This document shows, one piece after another, positions 44,526 through 53,969 of a DNA stretch of 58,930 nucleotides (position 1 is the stretch's first letter; every line of letters starts with the position of its first letter). A program made the translations under genes and the position numbers. Origin of the DNA: a virus (lineage: Duplodnaviria; Caudoviricetes); the IMG/VR virus record IMGVR_UViG_3300021389_000024, positions 1 through 58,930 of that record; one strand, given 5' to 3'. The notes beneath the pieces were generated by a model. It made no database searches. It had not been told where the DNA came from and was given only the letters and a program-made list of their open reading frames with translations.

Positions 44526-46321
44526 ATTTATTATACTTAGACTTTGAAACTTATTACGACGTACAATTGTCCCTGACTAAAATGACAACTGTACAATACG
44601 TTAACCACCCTGATTTTAAAATATGGGGAGTAGGTTTAAAATTTAATGAGGGAAATACAGAGTGGTTTGGAGAAGACCAATACCAAGATGCTCTTGAACA
44701 AATACCCTGGGAAGAAACCGCAGTTGTATGTCACAACACTTTGTTTGATGCTTACATACTTACACAGTACCTGGGCTTTTACCCAGCGTACTACTACGAC
44801 ACCGCCTCCCTGAGTCGGGGCGTGTACCCAAATCAATCTGCACGACTAAAAGATGTAGCTGTCCGTTGTTTTCCAAACGATGAAAGCTTACGTAAAGGAG
44901 AAGAACTTGTTAATGCCAAAGGCATACGTGATTTAGATCCTGACCTCGATGCACAAATTGGTGGCTATTGTATACAAGATGTAGATATAACTTATCAGAT
45001 ATATCACAAAATGATGGAAGGTTATCCACAAACTGAGTTAGATATTATCGATATGACTGTGCGTATGTTTGTAGAACCCAAGCTTATCTTAGATAAAGAA
45101 ATGCTTATTGCACACAAAGAAAAAATTAAACAAGAAACAGCACAGGCAATTGAAGATTCTGGTACAACCCGCGAAATTATGGCTTCGCAACAAAAGTTTG
45201 CACAGTATTTAGAAGAACTTGGCATTACCGTACCAACGAAAAAAAGTCCTACAACAGGCCAACAAATTCCTGCGTTTAGTAAAACTGACTCTGCATATAT
45301 ACAAATGCAAAACATGTATCCTCAATACAAACACCTTTGGGACGGTAGAGAAGCAGTAAAATCACGTATTGAAGAAACTCGCGCACAAAGATTTTTAGAA
45401 AGCACTAACCCTGATGGCACTTTTTCTGTACCGTTACGTTATTACGCAGCACACACTGGCCGTTTTGGTGGTACAGAAAGTATTAATTTACAAAACTTAC
45501 CCAGAGGATCTGCATTACGTACAGCAGTTATGGCTCCTGAAGGACAACAACTATATGTTGTAGATTTATCAAACATCGAAGCTCGCATGCTTGCGTGGTT
45601 AGCTAAAGAAGCTGACTTACTTGATGCATTTGCAGCTGGGCGTGACGTATACAGTGAGTTTGCATCTCAAATATATGGTAGACCTGTAACAAAAGCTGAC
45701 AAATTAGAACGTTACGTAGGTAAGACCGCTATTTTAGGTTTAGGTTATGGCATGGGCCCTGATAAATTTAGAGACACTCTTAAAAATGGGTCACCATCTG
45801 TTGATGTAGGAGAAAGTACAGCTATATCAATTGTTGCCCAGTACCGTGCTATGTACCCAAATATCCCCAGGCTTTGGAATGCATGCAAACAAGCACTATT
45901 TACAATGCGCCACACAGGTAACCCAGAAGGGCGACCGTATGGACCCCTGATTATTAAACCAGGTTGCATACAACTACCTAATGATATGTTCTTAAAATAT
46001 CCAGAACTAGATTTTATTGATGGTAATTTTATGTACAACTCAGGTAAAACAATGGTAAAAACGTATGGTGCAAGACTAACAGAAAACATTGTACAAGCTC
46101 TGGCCCGTATAGTTATTGTAGAACAAATGTTAGAAGTACAAGCTATGCCTGAAGTTCAAGTTGTTTTGCAAGTACACGATGAAATTATATCAATTGGATC
46201 TAATGTAGATTGTGACAAGACACTAGATAAAATACTAGCTATAATGAAAACACCTCCTTTTTGGTGTTCAGATTTACCACTAGATGCTGAAGGGGGATAC
46301 AGCCAACGATATGACAAATGA
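44522..46321 (+). CDS. polA: DNA polymerase family A with 3'-5' exonuclease
   Basis: Exo I DFETY, HNTLFD, YCIQD; TGRFGG, NLQNLP, motif A DLSNIEAR, motif B RYVGKTAILGLGYG, motif C VHDE. Confidence 0.95.
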   Translation: MNLLYLDFETYYDVQLSLTKMTTVQYVNHPDFKIWGVGLKFNEGNTEWFGEDQYQDALEQIPWEETAVVCHNTLFDAYILTQYLGFYPAYYYDTASLSRGVYPNQSARLKDVAVRCFPNDESLRKGEELVNAKGIRDLDPDLDAQIGGYCIQDVDITYQIYHKMMEGYPQTELDIIDMTVRMFVEPKLILDKEMLIAHKEKIKQETAQAIEDSGTTREIMASQQKFAQYLEELGITVPTKKSPTTGQQIPAFSKTDSAYIQMQNMYPQYKHLWDGREAVKSRIEETRAQRFLESTNPDGTFSVPLRYYAAHTGRFGGTESINLQNLPRGSALRTAVMAPEGQQLYVVDLSNIEARMLAWLAKEADLLDAFAAGRDVYSEFASQIYGRPVTKADKLERYVGKTAILGLGYGMGPDKFRDTLKNGSPSVDVGESTAISIVAQYRAMYPNIPRLWNACKQALFTMRHTGNPEGRPYGPLIIKPGCIQLPNDMFLKYPELDFIDGNFMYNSGKTMVKTYGARLTENIVQALARIVIVEQMLEVQAMPEVQVVLQVHDEIISIGSNVDCDKTLDKILAIMKTPPFWCSDLPLDAEGGYSQRYDK

Positions 46322-46503
46322 GCAATCTAGTATTAACAAGACGGAAACATGACTCAATAGTTTTACACCAGGATGGTGAAGAACTATGTGTTATTACCGT
46401 TACTGCATTAGGACCTAAGCAAACTAAGCTAGCTTTTAATGCAAAAGAGTCTGTTAAAATAGATAGACACGAAGTATACGAAGCTAAACAAGCTAACAAT
46501 TAA
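46318..46503 (+). CDS. csrA: CsrA/RsmA-family RNA-binding translational regulator
   Basis: 61 aa; LVLTRR...SIVL...ITV...QTKLAFNA.ESVKIDRHEVY aligns with CsrA LILTRR...[20 protein letters not shown], including the Arg44 equivalent. Confidence 0.8.
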   Translation: MSNLVLTRRKHDSIVLHQDGEELCVITVTALGPKQTKLAFNAKESVKIDRHEVYEAKQANN

Positions 46504-46515
46504 TCGGAGAATTAT

Positions 46516-48972
46516 ATGGAATTAGTTTTCTTAAAAGCAAAGCAACGCCTTGCAAAAGAAATATCAAACAAAGGTACTACACCTTACCCACTTACTAAAA
46601 ACTTTACATCTGAACATGTACAAGTATCTAAAACTAAAAAAGGTTTACACACTTTATTAAAAACTTTACAAACCCAAGCAGCATCTGGTGCTTGTTTGCA
46701 TAAAGGTTTGTTAAAACGCCCACTTGAAAACGAATCACGAGCTATGATGGCTGACCGTGTAGCGTCAACAGAGTTATTAGTTCTTGATATAGATGGTATA
46801 CAAATGCCAGGCAGCCTGACAGATGTACGCACAGTAGCAGAAAAAATAATTGCACAACTACCAGAGTGTTTTCAAGATGTAAGTTATATAGCCCAAGCAA
46901 GTGCATCTTTAGGATTTAAAAAAGATAAAGTATCTATGCACTTTTTCTTTTTATTAGATCAACCCACCCAACCTAAAATACTAAAAGAATGGTTTAAATT
47001 ATTAAATTACGAAACAGACATCTTGTCATCTCAACTGTCTTTGTCTGCAAACGGACAAAGCTTATCTTACAAATTAGACCCCAGTGTTGCTGAAAATTCT
47101 AAAATAATTTATATAGCACCACCTACTTTTAAAGATAACATACAAGATCCCATCTCATCAGATAGGTTTGTACTAGTCGAACGTGGTTCGGTAACCATAG
47201 ATCCTAGACCCTTGTTAGTTCATGTTAACCCAGAACGCGTACATAACTTAGGCGTTCAGGTTAAAGATGGACTGCGTAAAAAACTTAATTTACCTAAAAA
47301 AACAAGCAAACTAAGCACTGTAAGCATTGGGGGAGAAGCACAAGAAGTGTTACAAAACCCAGACAAAATGACTATTGAAATATCAAGAGTTAATGAACCC
47401 TATGTTAACTGTAATGTTAACGGAGGCGACAGCAACGGCTACTACTTTGTATTAACTAACCCCCATTACATGTACAACTTTAAAGGCGAACCTGTATGGG
47501 AGATACAAAAAGCCGACCCAGATTTTTATCGAAACATATTTGAAATTTTTGCAGATAAAATTGATAAAGATAAAAAAATAAAACCAGTCGCATTACGTGA
47601 CTTTTACACTGACACTTACTATAACGGAATATACGATGAAACAACCCAACAATTTACCAACGACTACCCCCTCACGCCCACCAATAAGCAGTCTATTGAT
47701 GACTTTATGCGCTCTCATAATCGCCCTTCCTTGGATTACATTCCTGATGCTAGGGTCGTATTTGATCCAAGCAATAACAAAGGTATTGAGTTAGACGAAG
47801 CTCCTTACTACGTAAACTTGTATAGAAAAACTGAGTACATGTTAAAACAAGAAGAACATGTATCGGAGTTAACTTACGGGGGAGCTGAAAAATTACACAC
47901 AATAACACCACACATAGCACAGCTTTTGATGCATGTATTGGGTAATGGTAAAACTGAGTTTGAACACTTTATTAATTGGTTAGCTTATATTTATCAAAAC
48001 AAAAACAAAGCTATGACTGCTTGGATATTTACAGGCGTACCTGGAACTGGCAAGGGCTTATTTGTACACAAAGTACTTAAACCTTTATTTGGTGAACAAC
48101 AAACACCAATGCGAGCTTTAGAAAACATTGAAGAACAATTCAACTTGTACATGAGAACAGCACTCTTTTTAGTAGTAGATGAATTTAGAATGGGAGACGC
48201 AGGTAGCATAGGTAAAATGGCTGACAAACTTAAACACCAAATTACTGAACCCAACCTAACTATTCGTGCAATGCGTTCTAATCAAATAGAACTACCTAGC
48301 TTTTGTAACTTTTTGTTTTTAACTAATAGAGCAGACGCAGTCAAAATAGAGGAAGGCGATCGGCGTTACAACGTAGCCCCACGCCAAGAAGTAAAGCTAG
48401 AAAATGCTAACGCAGATCTTATTAACAATATGGATAAACTTGAACAAGAACTTTATATATTTGCTGGTGTGTTAAACAAGTTCCAAGTAGATCAGCGTAT
48501 GGCTCATACAGCTTTAGAAAATGAAGCTAAAATACAAATGAAAAACATTTCAATGTCTGTACTTGAAGAATTTGCAGCTGCAGTACGACAACGCAACCTT
48601 GAATATTTTACAGAAGTATTAGATATACCTCTTACAAATACTTTTGATGCTGGAGGTATTAGTACAGCACAAAGATACCTTAAGTATTGGATAGCAGAAG
48701 TAGGTAATGAAATAATTATACCTATGTCTCAGTTTAAATTAGTGTATGACATACTTACTGACAGTCGTAACAAATTATCTACAAGAGACTTTACAAAAGC
48801 TATGTCTAGGTTAAATATTAAAACTTCTAGAAAACGTGTAAGTGCAGATAAAAATGCCTCTATACCTAGAGGGGTTGTATTAACTTGGAAATTAGACGAC
48901 AATATTCGTAATTCTTTAATTAAAGAACATTTTGAAGATAGAGATAATTTACTATTACAAAAAACTAGCTAG
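46516..48972 (+). CDS. Primase-helicase (prim-pol-like N-terminus, SF3/DUF5906-like helicase C-terminus)
   Basis: LVLDIDG and SMHFFF; Walker A GVPGTGKG, VVDE, FLTN, DRRY. Confidence 0.8.
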   Translation: MELVFLKAKQRLAKEISNKGTTPYPLTKNFTSEHVQVSKTKKGLHTLLKTLQTQAASGACLHKGLLKRPLENESRAMMADRVASTELLVLDIDGIQMPGSLTDVRTVAEKIIAQLPECFQDVSYIAQASASLGFKKDKVSMHFFFLLDQPTQPKILKEWFKLLNYETDILSSQLSLSANGQSLSYKLDPSVAENSKIIYIAPPTFKDNIQDPISSDRFVLVERGSVTIDPRPLLVHVNPERVHNLGVQVKDGLRKKLNLPKKTSKLSTVSIGGEAQEVLQNPDKMTIEISRVNEPYVNCNVNGGDSNGYYFVLTNPHYMYNFKGEPVWEIQKADPDFYRNIFEIFADKIDKDKKIKPVALRDFYTDTYYNGIYDETTQQFTNDYPLTPTNKQSIDDFMRSHNRPSLDYIPDARVVFDPSNNKGIELDEAPYYVNLYRKTEYMLKQEEHVSELTYGGAEKLHTITPHIAQLLMHVLGNGKTEFEHFINWLAYIYQNKNKAMTAWIFTGVPGTGKGLFVHKVLKPLFGEQQTPMRALENIEEQFNLYMRTALFLVVDEFRMGDAGSIGKMADKLKHQITEPNLTIRAMRSNQIELPSFCNFLFLTNRADAVKIEEGDRRYNVAPRQEVKLENANADLINNMDKLEQELYIFAGVLNKFQVDQRMAHTALENEAKIQMKNISMSVLEEFAAAVRQRNLEYFTEVLDIPLTNTFDAGGISTAQRYLKYWIAEVGNEIIIPMSQFKLVYDILTDSRNKLSTRDFTKAMSRLNIKTSRKRVSADKNASIPRGVVLTWKLDDNIRNSLIKEHFEDRDNLLLQKTS

Positions 48973-48988
48973 GAAGGCTATATAACAA

Positions 48989-49744
48989 ATGACCGAGCTT
49001 GTACAAAACAAGCGCCCAGATCTCATAAATGTAATAGAGACTGAGGCCCCAAAAGAGTTGGGATTAATCCCAGCCTGGTCCTACTCCGCTTTAAAAACCT
49101 ACGAAACTTGCGCTTATCGCTCTTATATAAGTAAGGTAAAACGCATACAAGAAGACTTCGGCCCGGCCGCTGCACGCGGTACTGACATTCACCAGCAAGC
49201 TGAAGACTACGTACGTGGAGATTTAAAAGAATTACCTGATACACTTAAAAAATTTCAAACACAATTTGAAGAAATGCGTGAAGGTTTTATAAACGCCACA
49301 GTAGAACTAGAGGGCGAGTGGGGTTTTACAATCGATTGGGAACCCTGTGGTTGGATGGAAAAAGGTGTATGGGCAAGAGTAAAACTAGATGCTTATGTAG
49401 AAGAAACAGAAACATCAGCACGAGTAATAGATTATAAAACAGGCAGACAATACGGTAATGAAATAGCTCATTCACAACAAGCACTTACATATGCCATTGG
49501 TAGCTTTTTACGCTACCCAGATTTAGAAATAGCTAAAACAGAAATGTGGTATTTAGATCATGGAACTACTATGGAAAAAACATACACTAGAGATCAAGCT
49601 CTTATGTTCTTACCAAAACTACAAGAGCGAGCAATTGCTATGACAACAGCAACTAAGTTTCCACCTAATCCTTCTAAAAACAGTTGCAGGTGGTGTTCAT
49701 TTGGTAAAGGAGAAAACCCCTATTGCGAATGGGCTATAAACTAG
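48989..49744 (+). CDS. Cas4-like PD-(D/E)XK exonuclease
   Basis: WSYSALKTYETC, RGTDIH, KLD, IDYKTG, QALTY, C-terminal CRWC...C (1+3 Cys pattern). Confidence 0.85.
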   Translation: MTELVQNKRPDLINVIETEAPKELGLIPAWSYSALKTYETCAYRSYISKVKRIQEDFGPAAARGTDIHQQAEDYVRGDLKELPDTLKKFQTQFEEMREGFINATVELEGEWGFTIDWEPCGWMEKGVWARVKLDAYVEETETSARVIDYKTGRQYGNEIAHSQQALTYAIGSFLRYPDLEIAKTEMWYLDHGTTMEKTYTRDQALMFLPKLQERAIAMTTATKFPPNPSKNSCRWCSFGKGENPYCEWAIN

Positions 49745-49750
49745 TATAAT
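49723..49750 (+). promoter_or_regulatory. Putative sigma70 promoter for the helicase operon
   Basis: TTGCGA-16-TATAAT. Confidence 0.4.
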
Positions 49751-49808
49751 AACTAAACTTAACATCCATCCAACTAACACCGGATGTTACAACAGAGGAA
49801 AACGAACA

Positions 49809-51167
49809 ATGACTGACGAACAATCTATACCCCTACCCTATGAGCATCAAGCTAATACCACTAACTTTATTCTTAACCACCCCAGATGTCTTATTACATC
49901 AGATCCTGGTACAGGTAAAACACGTGCTGTTCTTGACGCCCACGTTAACCTATCAGGTAAAACGCTTGTTCTTGCCCCTCTGTCAATACTAGAAGCAGCA
50001 TGGGCAGAAGACGTACGTAAGTTCCAACCTGATATTAATTTCGGAGTTGCATATGCTAAAAACCGCAAAAAAATATTTGAAGACGATTCATTTGACATGG
50101 TCATCACTAACTTTGAGGCTGTCAATTTTTTACAAAAAAATCCACATTATGTTAAAAAGTTTTCTACAATCGTTATTGATGAGTTTACTGCTTTTAAAAA
50201 CCAATCAGCACAACGCAGTAAAAATATTAGATCGCTTATCTCACATTTTACTAATAGGATTGCCATGTCTGGTACTCCTAATAGTAATACTATTCTAGAC
50301 CTGTGGCACCCAGTACTTCTTGTAGATGACGGAGAACATCTAGGAGACCGGTACTGGGCCTTTCGTAACCAGGTTTGTACACCCCGTTTTAATGGTTTTG
50401 CTAACGAATGGATTGACAAACCTGGTATCGAAGAAGCAGTCGCTGCTAAACTAAGCGACATTACTATTCGCTATGCATTAGAAGATTGCATAGACCTCCC
50501 AGAAAATATAGTCCGAACCGTACGTACAAAGTTATCCACAAAGGTACAAGCTATGTACGACATTTTTGTTAAAGAATCTGTTTTATATACCAAATCTGGC
50601 ACTATTAATGCTGTACATGCAGGGGCCCGGGTTAAAAAGTTACTACAACTAGTATCAGGTGGCGTATACGATGAAGACGGCAATGTTCAATATTTACACC
50701 AAGAACGTTACGACATTGTTATGGAACTTGTAGCGGCACGTAAACATTCTATTGTTGCTTTTAATTGGAAACACGAACGTGATGCTCTTATAGAAATAGC
50801 AGAAAAACAAAATATTACATACGAGCTTATAGATGGATCAGTACCTGCACACAAACGCAAAGATATTGTAGAACGCTTTCAAGCCGGTCACATACAAGTA
50901 CTTTTTTGCCATCCACAATCAGCGGGTCATGGACTTACACTTACAAAAGCTACCACAGCTATATGGTGTTCACCTACTTACAATGCTGAACATTTTCAAC
51001 AATTTAACAAACGTATACATAGATCTGGCCAGCAAAACAAAACAGAGACTATTCTTATTGCTGCACATAAAACCTGGGAAGAAGATGTATACAAAAAACT
51101 AGACAGCAAATTAGGCAAAATGGAAAACTTATTACACATACTAACGGCACTAAACAATGACAACTAA
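49809..51167 (+). CDS. SNF2-like SF2 helicase
   Basis: DPGTGKT, IDEF, MSGTP, SAGHGLTL, QFNKRIHRSGQ. Confidence 0.9.
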   Translation: MTDEQSIPLPYEHQANTTNFILNHPRCLITSDPGTGKTRAVLDAHVNLSGKTLVLAPLSILEAAWAEDVRKFQPDINFGVAYAKNRKKIFEDDSFDMVITNFEAVNFLQKNPHYVKKFSTIVIDEFTAFKNQSAQRSKNIRSLISHFTNRIAMSGTPNSNTILDLWHPVLLVDDGEHLGDRYWAFRNQVCTPRFNGFANEWIDKPGIEEAVAAKLSDITIRYALEDCIDLPENIVRTVRTKLSTKVQAMYDIFVKESVLYTKSGTINAVHAGARVKKLLQLVSGGVYDEDGNVQYLHQERYDIVMELVAARKHSIVAFNWKHERDALIEIAEKQNITYELIDGSVPAHKRKDIVERFQAGHIQVLFCHPQSAGHGLTLTKATTAIWCSPTYNAEHFQQFNKRIHRSGQQNKTETILIAAHKTWEEDVYKKLDSKLGKMENLLHILTALNNDN

Positions 51168-51426
51168 AAACAACGACATACCGTTTGAAAGATTACAAGA
51201 ACTTATGAAAGACGCAATTCTTGATATTTTAAAACGACCACCTGAAGCAGTTGCTATTGCATTAGTATTTGCAGTAACTGAATTAGTACACACCCGTGCT
51301 ACTAAAGAAGAAGAATTACCAGACACTATGGAAGAACTTATTTCACAGGCCGGCAAGGAGGCTTTAATGTTAACTGATGAGGTATACCTTGCAAAACCAC
51401 CCTCAGAAACGGAGACCATACACTAA
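51157..51426 (+). CDS. Hypothetical protein
   Basis: 89 aa; overlaps both neighbours in the operon. Confidence 0.55.
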   Translation: MTTKNNDIPFERLQELMKDAILDILKRPPEAVAIALVFAVTELVHTRATKEEELPDTMEELISQAGKEALMLTDEVYLAKPPSETETIH

Positions 51427-51791
51427 TGAATATGGATGAAATGCTAAATGAATTAGCCACAACCCGACAATCTATTGTCGATTTACATGAACAAGAGAAA
51501 GTCCTTAAAGCAAAAAAGGATGATCTAGAAACACAGATTGTTATCAGCTTAAAAGATCAAGGAATTGATCGAGTTGGTAATGATGCGTGTACTGTTTCCA
51601 TTAAACAGGAAATAGTCCCTACAGTACGTAACTGGGACGCAGTGCATGAACACGTACTTGCCACTGGGCAGTTCGAGTTAATGCAAAAACGCATGTCAGC
51701 AACAGCCTATAGGGAGCTAATACAAATGGGACATGAAGTCCCAGGCGTAGAAGCAACTGAACTGACCCGAATGAATTTCAGGTCGAAATAA
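51426..51791 (+). CDS. Conserved phage replication-module protein
   Basis: Coiled coil, then VRNWD...LMQKRMS...VPGV, typical of the gene next to SSB in polA-type modules. Confidence 0.65.
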   Translation: MNMDEMLNELATTRQSIVDLHEQEKVLKAKKDDLETQIVISLKDQGIDRVGNDACTVSIKQEIVPTVRNWDAVHEHVLATGQFELMQKRMSATAYRELIQMGHEVPGVEATELTRMNFRSK

Positions 51792-51820
51792 TAATATCAA
51801 CGAAAAACGGAGAAATAACG

Positions 51821-52480
51821 ATGACTGATATTACACTAGTAAGCGATAAAGTGCCGGCGCATGTACAAAAAGGCAGCGGGTTGGGTAATGAAAACATTAC
51901 TGCAGCTCATTTACAAACTCCCAGAGTTAAGCAATTACAACAGCTTAGCAATGAGGTTGACGAGCAACACAGTGAGTACATTGAGGGGGCCAAAGTTGGC
52001 GACTTCATTAATACTGTAACGCGAGAAAACTATGGACAGTCAATCTATGTGTTAAACATACGGTTTACTGAAGAGTTTGTAGCGTGGAAGAAGCGTGAAA
52101 AGGGTGGAGGACTAGCAGGTAGCTTTGCAAGCAAAGAAGATGCTATTGAATCTCTTAAAGCTCAAAATCTTAATCCAGAAGATTATGATATTACTGAGAC
52201 CCATTCACACTTGTTACTTAGAAAAGATGCGGAATCAGGAAGCCTGGACGTACCTTTCCTATTTGACTGTGCGTCTTCTAAGTTGCGAGTATCCAGAGAA
52301 TGGAATACTCAAATCGCAGGTCTAAGTGGAGATCGTTTTTCAGCATTATGGAAAATGTCTTCTGTTAGAACAGAAAATAGAACAGGTCAAAAGTTCTATA
52401 ACATCCAAGTTGAAAAGGTTGGATGGGCAACTGACGACGATTACAACAATGCAAAAACAGTGTTTGAAAGCATTAAGTAA
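51821..52480 (+). CDS. Putative single-stranded DNA-binding/annealing protein
   Basis: GLGNENI...PRVKQLQQLS.EV...GDF...SSKLRVSREWN; GGAG RBS; replication module. Confidence 0.55.
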   Translation: MTDITLVSDKVPAHVQKGSGLGNENITAAHLQTPRVKQLQQLSNEVDEQHSEYIEGAKVGDFINTVTRENYGQSIYVLNIRFTEEFVAWKKREKGGGLAGSFASKEDAIESLKAQNLNPEDYDITETHSHLLLRKDAESGSLDVPFLFDCASSKLRVSREWNTQIAGLSGDRFSALWKMSSVRTENRTGQKFYNIQVEKVGWATDDDYNNAKTVFESIK

Positions 52481-52490
52481 TCACTTTACG

Positions 52491-52527
52491 TACATGGTGC
52501 GACATATACTGTCGCATCATGTATACT
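52491..52527. promoter_or_regulatory. 14-bp inverted repeat overlapping a putative promoter
   Basis: TACATGGTGCGACA-TATAC-TGTCGCATCATGTA; GCGACA-17-TATACT. Confidence 0.4.
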
Positions 52528-52533
52528 AATTAA

Positions 52534-52683
52534 ATGCCTGATACAAAACAAAAAGGTTGGTTCTGGGATGACGTAAACAGACGCATGTATCGTTGGCATG
52601 ATCTACAACTCCTCATGAGAGAGCGAGTATTAAAAGTTGAAAGAAAAGGACTTCATAAACAAAATCCACAAAAAACTTCCTAA
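52534..52683 (+). CDS. Small hypothetical protein (49 aa; not in ORF track)
   Basis: MPDTKQKGWFWDDVNRRMYRWHDLQLLMRER... Confidence 0.45.
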   Translation: MPDTKQKGWFWDDVNRRMYRWHDLQLLMRERVLKVERKGLHKQNPQKTS

Positions 52684-53035
52684 AGAAATTTATAAGTGGA
52701 AAATCAACGACCCATATCATGGGGGTGTTCCTGACGCATTCTACTCCGGCCCTGGCGGCTTTTGTTTTGTAGAATATAAATATGTGCAATCCTTACCTGA
52801 CCGTGGTACGTCGAAAGTACCCATCAATCTTTCTCAACAACAACGCCTCTGGATCCAGCGGGCGCACACACATAAATTACCCGCGTACATAGTCCTGGGA
52901 TATCCAGACGGTGTTTGTATAACAGACAACCCACTAGCAGAATTTTTTTATTTAGATTGCTTTTTAAGGTGTGCCGTGACTTTTGAAGCATATATCGATA
53001 GAATAAGCAACATATGTTTAACTATTAAGGAGTAA
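52637..53035 (+). CDS. VRR-NUC-like / Holliday junction resolvase nuclease
   Basis: EKDF, GGVPD, FVEYK, LSQQQRLW. Confidence 0.8.
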   Translation: MKEKDFINKIHKKLPKEIYKWKINDPYHGGVPDAFYSGPGGFCFVEYKYVQSLPDRGTSKVPINLSQQQRLWIQRAHTHKLPAYIVLGYPDGVCITDNPLAEFFYLDCFLRCAVTFEAYIDRISNICLTIKE

Positions 53036-53038
53036 TAG

Positions 53039-53251
53039 ATGGATATGGTAAATCAACCACCTCATTATAATCAAGGTGGTATTGAGTGCATTGACGGAAT
53101 AGAAGCAAGCATGAGCAAGGAAGCGTTTGCTGGTTACTGTAAAGGCAATGTTATAAAGTATTTGTGGCGTTACGAGTATAAGAACAAAGTTGAGGACTTA
53201 AAAAAAGCTCAATGGTACTTAGACAGACTCGTTAAGTCGCAGGAGGAGTAA
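53039..53251 (+). CDS. DUF3310 (SaV-like) protein
   Basis: DMVNQPPHY..GGIECID...GNVIKYLWR...EDLKKAQWYL. Confidence 0.9.
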   Translation: MDMVNQPPHYNQGGIECIDGIEASMSKEAFAGYCKGNVIKYLWRYEYKNKVEDLKKAQWYLDRLVKSQEE

Positions 53252-53527
53252 ATGAAAGAGGTAGGAATTTTTACCAATCTTTCAAAAACACTAGGACGTT
53301 GTACAAGTATTGCAGATTGTCCTTGTGTCGGTATTTGTAGTTGCACCCAATGGGGTGATGACCGTTGTAGAGGTTGCGGACGAACCGCGACCGAGGTTCG
53401 AGATTGGAATACTTTCTCTAAAATAGAGAAAAAAATCATAAATCTACGAAATGCGGCAGAAAACTATGGTATTAGGCAGCTACAAAGGGGACCCCGCGTA
53501 GAAGGGCCTGAGAAGGCCGCTAGTTAA
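53252..53527 (+). CDS. DUF1289-family Cys-rich protein
   Basis: PCVGICS...GDDRCRGCGRT..EV.DW. Confidence 0.8.
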   Translation: MKEVGIFTNLSKTLGRCTSIADCPCVGICSCTQWGDDRCRGCGRTATEVRDWNTFSKIEKKIINLRNAAENYGIRQLQRGPRVEGPEKAAS

Positions 53528-53621
53528 TTATTGGCCTAACGATACCAATTGCATTGACCTACTGGTGATATGCGCACCTGTGGCATCCTGAGCCCACGTT
53601 TTTCTAAAAAGCCCTTAAAAT

Positions 53622-53960
53622 TTACCCAGATAGAGGGTTTTTGTTATTTTCTGCTATTTTTTGCTCTAAAGAAGAAATTTCAGCTTTAATTGTAGCTATA
53701 TCAGTTTTAATTTCAGTGACATCTGGAATTTCTACCCCATCAATTTCTTTTTCTAAAAACTGTACAGACGTTTCTATAGATGCAAAACGTTCTTCAATAG
53801 CTTTTTGTGCTTGTTTTGTATCGCCTATACCACCAATTTTAGCTTCTAAGTTTGTTATACGGTTTACATAGGTAGCTCCTGTGTAACCAAACCCCGCAAG
53901 AGTAGAAACAATTCCTACTAAAGCAATTACCTGTGTTGTTTTACTTTGTAACCAATCCAT
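53622..53960 (-). CDS. Membrane-anchored coiled-coil protein
   Basis: N-terminal TM, heptad repeats, C-terminal NPL. Confidence 0.7.
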   Translation of the reverse strand: MDWLQSKTTQVIALVGIVSTLAGFGYTGATYVNRITNLEAKIGGIGDTKQAQKAIEERFASIETSVQFLEKEIDGVEIPDVTEIKTDIATIKAEISSLEQKIAENNKNPLSG

Positions 53961-53969
53961 ATAGATCTC

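Noticed and set aside
53390-53402. tRNA T-loop-like GGTTCGA
   Set aside because: Lies inside the DUF1289 CDS with no cloverleaf; no tRNA gene was found in the window.
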